Below, piece after piece: positions 63,946 through 64,000 of a stretch of DNA of 64,000 nucleotides. How positions within the stretch are numbered: the first letter of the stretch is position 1; each line of letters starts with the position of its first letter. The notes below the pieces were generated by a model. That model ran no database searches and was not told the DNA's origin. It saw only the letters and a program-made list of their open reading frames with translations. Source of the stretch: an uncultured Acidobacteriota bacterium (GTDB taxonomy: Bacteria; Acidobacteriota; Thermoanaerobaculia; Gp7-AA8); NCBI GenBank assembly GCA_963821585.1, contig CAWGEI010000005.1:646603-710602 (forward strand), written 5' to 3'. Made by a program: the position numbers and the translations under genes.

Positions 63946-64000
63946 CCGCCGCCGCCTCCGCCGCCCGAGCTCGAACCGCCACCTCCGCCGCCTCCGCCAC
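63939..64000 (-). CDS. 3' end of a gene with a Gly/Ser-rich C-terminal tail (partial, runs off the right edge)
   Basis: The reverse strand reads ...GGGGGGGGSSSGGGGGGGW-stop (TGA at 63941-63939). Such tails occur in TPM/YgcG-type proteins. Very little sequence is available. Confidence 0.25.
   Translation of the reverse strand, partial: GGGGGGGGSSSGGGGGGGW

Overview
High-GC bacterial chromosomal segment, roughly two-thirds G+C by eye. The domain repertoire (DUF1573, Y_Y_Y propeller kinase, CHAD plus PPK1, DUF4097) resembles soil Acidobacteriota or Gemmatimonadota genomes, but taxonomy cannot be proven from this window. I saw no rRNA, tRNA, CRISPR, transposase, integrase or phage genes. Gene starts were refined by eye from the ORF track and are approximate.

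Layout:
- 0.3-10.2 kb: a phosphate/polyphosphate island. It holds an OprP-like porin-pstS-ppx-sixA operon, an ApaH-like phosphoesterase, a CHAD protein, and two convergent ppk1 paralogues whose 3' ends overlap.
- 10-19 kb: three MFS transporters, an AlkD-like repair protein, DUF3224, an AraC regulator, an orphan VapB-like antitoxin and a small coiled-coil/winged-helix protein.
- 19.4-19.9 kb: 21 tandem ~21-bp units with a GCGTAAC|GTTACGC core, forming one large imperfect dyad.
- 20.2-27.4 kb: a complete second Pho block (pstSCAB-phoU-phoBR-DUF47). Every gene in it is broken by single-base frame shifts, about 30 or more in total, mostly +1.
- 27.5-64 kb: rpmE-DUF1385-prfA, mpl, a long GreA-domain protein, ferredoxin, lepA, a STAS/RsbW/SpoIIE partner-switching set, a 1260-aa hybrid sensor kinase, moaA, a UDG-like gene, and an operon containing selD. 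The selD N-terminus is only recovered if an in-frame UGA is read as selenocysteine.

The most unusual aspect is the non-coding DNA. Almost every intergenic gap longer than 100 bp is filled by palindromic repeats. These are the ~190-bp A elements (6 copies), B elements (3 copies, two nested in A with 8-bp target-site duplications), C and D elements, and six hairpins whose arms are tandem heptamers. Candidate Pho boxes (TTTACA-N5-TTTACA) and one terminator-flanked candidate sRNA are also reported.
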